A DNA stretch of 64,000 bases, from contig MU004235.1 in assembly GCA_010405405.1 (NCBI GenBank), forward strand, positions 1,809,539 through 1,873,538. Direction: 5' to 3'. The stretch comes from Microthyrium microscopicum (lineage: Eukaryota). The position numbers and the translations under genes were made by a program. A model generated the notes under the pieces. The model was not told where the DNA came from. It did no database searches and saw only the letters and a list, made by a program, of their open reading frames with translations. This document shows, piece by piece, positions 62,484 through 64,000 of this stretch; within the stretch, counting starts at the first letter, position 1; the number at the start of each line of letters is the position of its first letter.

Positions 62484-63274
62484 ATGCCTACCCTCTCATT
62501 AGAAGATCTCGTTCAGAGAAACATGTAAGTAGACGCATGAAGTAAAAAAATTTCAGACAATTGATGATATAATAGAGATTATGCCCCTTCTCATACGCCA
62601 ATGCCTACGTTGGAAGAAGCAGCGGCAGCTGGTGGCGACATGGAGTGCACTTTAGTCAGTAAGTGAAGAGCATATCATCTCTCTATGCTTTATGACTAAC
62701 AACAGCAGTCACTTGCGTCGACTTCCGTGTCAGAGTAGAGGAGATGTTACAGCTAAACGCACAAGGTATTTGCAAGACTTGACGTCTCTCTTCACAGCTG
62801 GTCTGACATATCTTATAGATAAAGTACTCGTCTGTCGCAATCCAGGAGGACGTGTTGCGGCCGCTATGGAACAAATAATGTTGTTCAAAGTGTTCCTCAG
62901 TCTCAAGCGAATCGTGGTCATTCATCATTCAGGTATATCTGCCTCACCCATATCGGCTTATGTTCAATTCTATAACTAACTTTGCGTCTAGATTGTGGTG
63001 CTAGTCACTTCAAAGATCACCTAATCCGCGAAGCGCTTCTAAACCAGCATCCAGATCATCCAGAGATTGAAAACATGGTTTTCGGTTCATTTGATAAGTA
63101 AATTGTCCTTCGCATAAGAGTTAATTTCTCCTAACAATATATAGCTTGGAGCAAGGCGTTCGCGACGACTTGGAAGTACTGAAGAACTCACCATTTGTCC
63201 CTGAAGAGCTCAAAGAACAATGTTTTGGATACACGTATGACATCAAGACTGGCTTACTCTCTCCAGTACATTAG
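62484..63274 (+). CDS. Beta-class carbonic anhydrase (clade D-like); exons 62484-62524, 62576-62658, 62709-62765, 62819-62932, 62992-63097, 63145-63274
   Basis: Spliced product has the Zn ligands TCVDFR and HHSDCG plus RNPGGRV, VRDDL and GYTYDIKTG; five canonical introns. Confidence 0.88.
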
Positions 63275-63626
63275 AGCTAAGAGTGCTTGTCCAACATTGT
63301 TGAACCAATGCTGCGTTAGGGAAATAATATAGCACGGTTACATTTTGGTTAGGTGATATCATATCCATATTCAGTTTTATCTTTTACTTTTCGCATTATA
63401 TGGTGCGTTTCCGAGAGATAGAAAGGATTGTCATTGTGATATCTTAATAACGACTGCTTCAGATTTAATCTTAGCAGAGAAGGCACTAATGGGGGCCTAG
63501 AAAGTGGCCGAAAAAACAGCGATGTCACTGGCAATGTACCTTATTTGCGCTTTATGGAATTGTGGTAATCGTTTATCACATTGAACTATGTACAATTTAT
63601 AAAGTCATTTAAAAACTGGCATGGCA

Positions 63627-64000
63627 TCATGCTGGCACTCCACCAAGTCCTTGCTCAGTAGCTTTCCACTGTGCTCCTCTGACCACTGCTCCCGGTGGGA
63701 TCGATGCTGGTGGAGGACCGCTCATACTCGGATTGCCACCATACCCCAGATGCTTCGCGTTTACACTGGCAGTGAAAGTATCTGATGACCTGGAAGCGGC
63801 AGCAATGGCAGCAACGTATTGCTTGTCCTTAGATGGATCACCAGTTGGACTTTGCGTTGATTGAGGTAATGGTTCAAGCTTTGGTGCAGTGCCTTTTGGT
63901 ACGTATAGCTCTGGACCAGGAATGGGATATGGGGAGACGTTACGCCAAATGTCGAAATACAGTCCCCTTTCTTGCTTGAATGGCTTGTATCCGCCGGGGA
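63627..64000 (-). CDS. 3' end of a probable AA9 lytic polysaccharide monooxygenase (gene continues beyond the window)
   Basis: Minus-strand frame PGGYK...GLYFDIWRNVSPYPIPGPELY resembles the AA9 C-terminal motif, followed by a C-terminal extension; stop at 63627. Confidence 0.65.
   Translation of the reverse strand, partial: PGGYKPFKQERGLYFDIWRNVSPYPIPGPELYVPKGTAPKLEPLPQSTQSPTGDPSKDKQYVAAIAAASRSSDTFTASVNAKHLGYGGNPSMSGPPPASIPPGAVVRGAQWKATEQGLGGVPA

Overview
Filamentous ascomycete DNA (Dothideomycete-like, inferred from gene content and two-speed architecture). Bases 1-~7380 are an extremely AT-rich, RIP-degraded repeat block containing a 660-N scaffold gap and two inverted ~48-bp minisatellite arrays. 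It switches abruptly to a gene-rich region with about 21 genes: C2H2 zinc-finger TF, MFS transporter, orphan coiled-coil gene, FCF1, Csi2-like protein, two small Cys-rich secreted proteins, several oxidoreductases, HET-domain gene, Ifi-6-16/ISG12-like gene, PGAP4-like glycosyltransferase, kinase-like gene, SGNH esterase, beta-carbonic anhydrase and the 3' end of an AA9 LPMO. The most striking signal is a family of long, mutually related hairpin introns. All six introns (165-263 nt) of the minus-strand coiled-coil gene at 14905-17021 carry CCATC-N6-GATGG palindromic units, with a CCATC-like motif 64-68 nt from the 5' splice site. Two of these introns are homologous sisters that abut with a zero-nucleotide exon (AG|GT). 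The 264-nt intron of the nearby C2H2 TF gene forms a long nested hairpin with the same motifs. This looks like an introner-like, self-propagating intron family. All gene models were spliced by eye and product calls are from motif recognition, not database searches.
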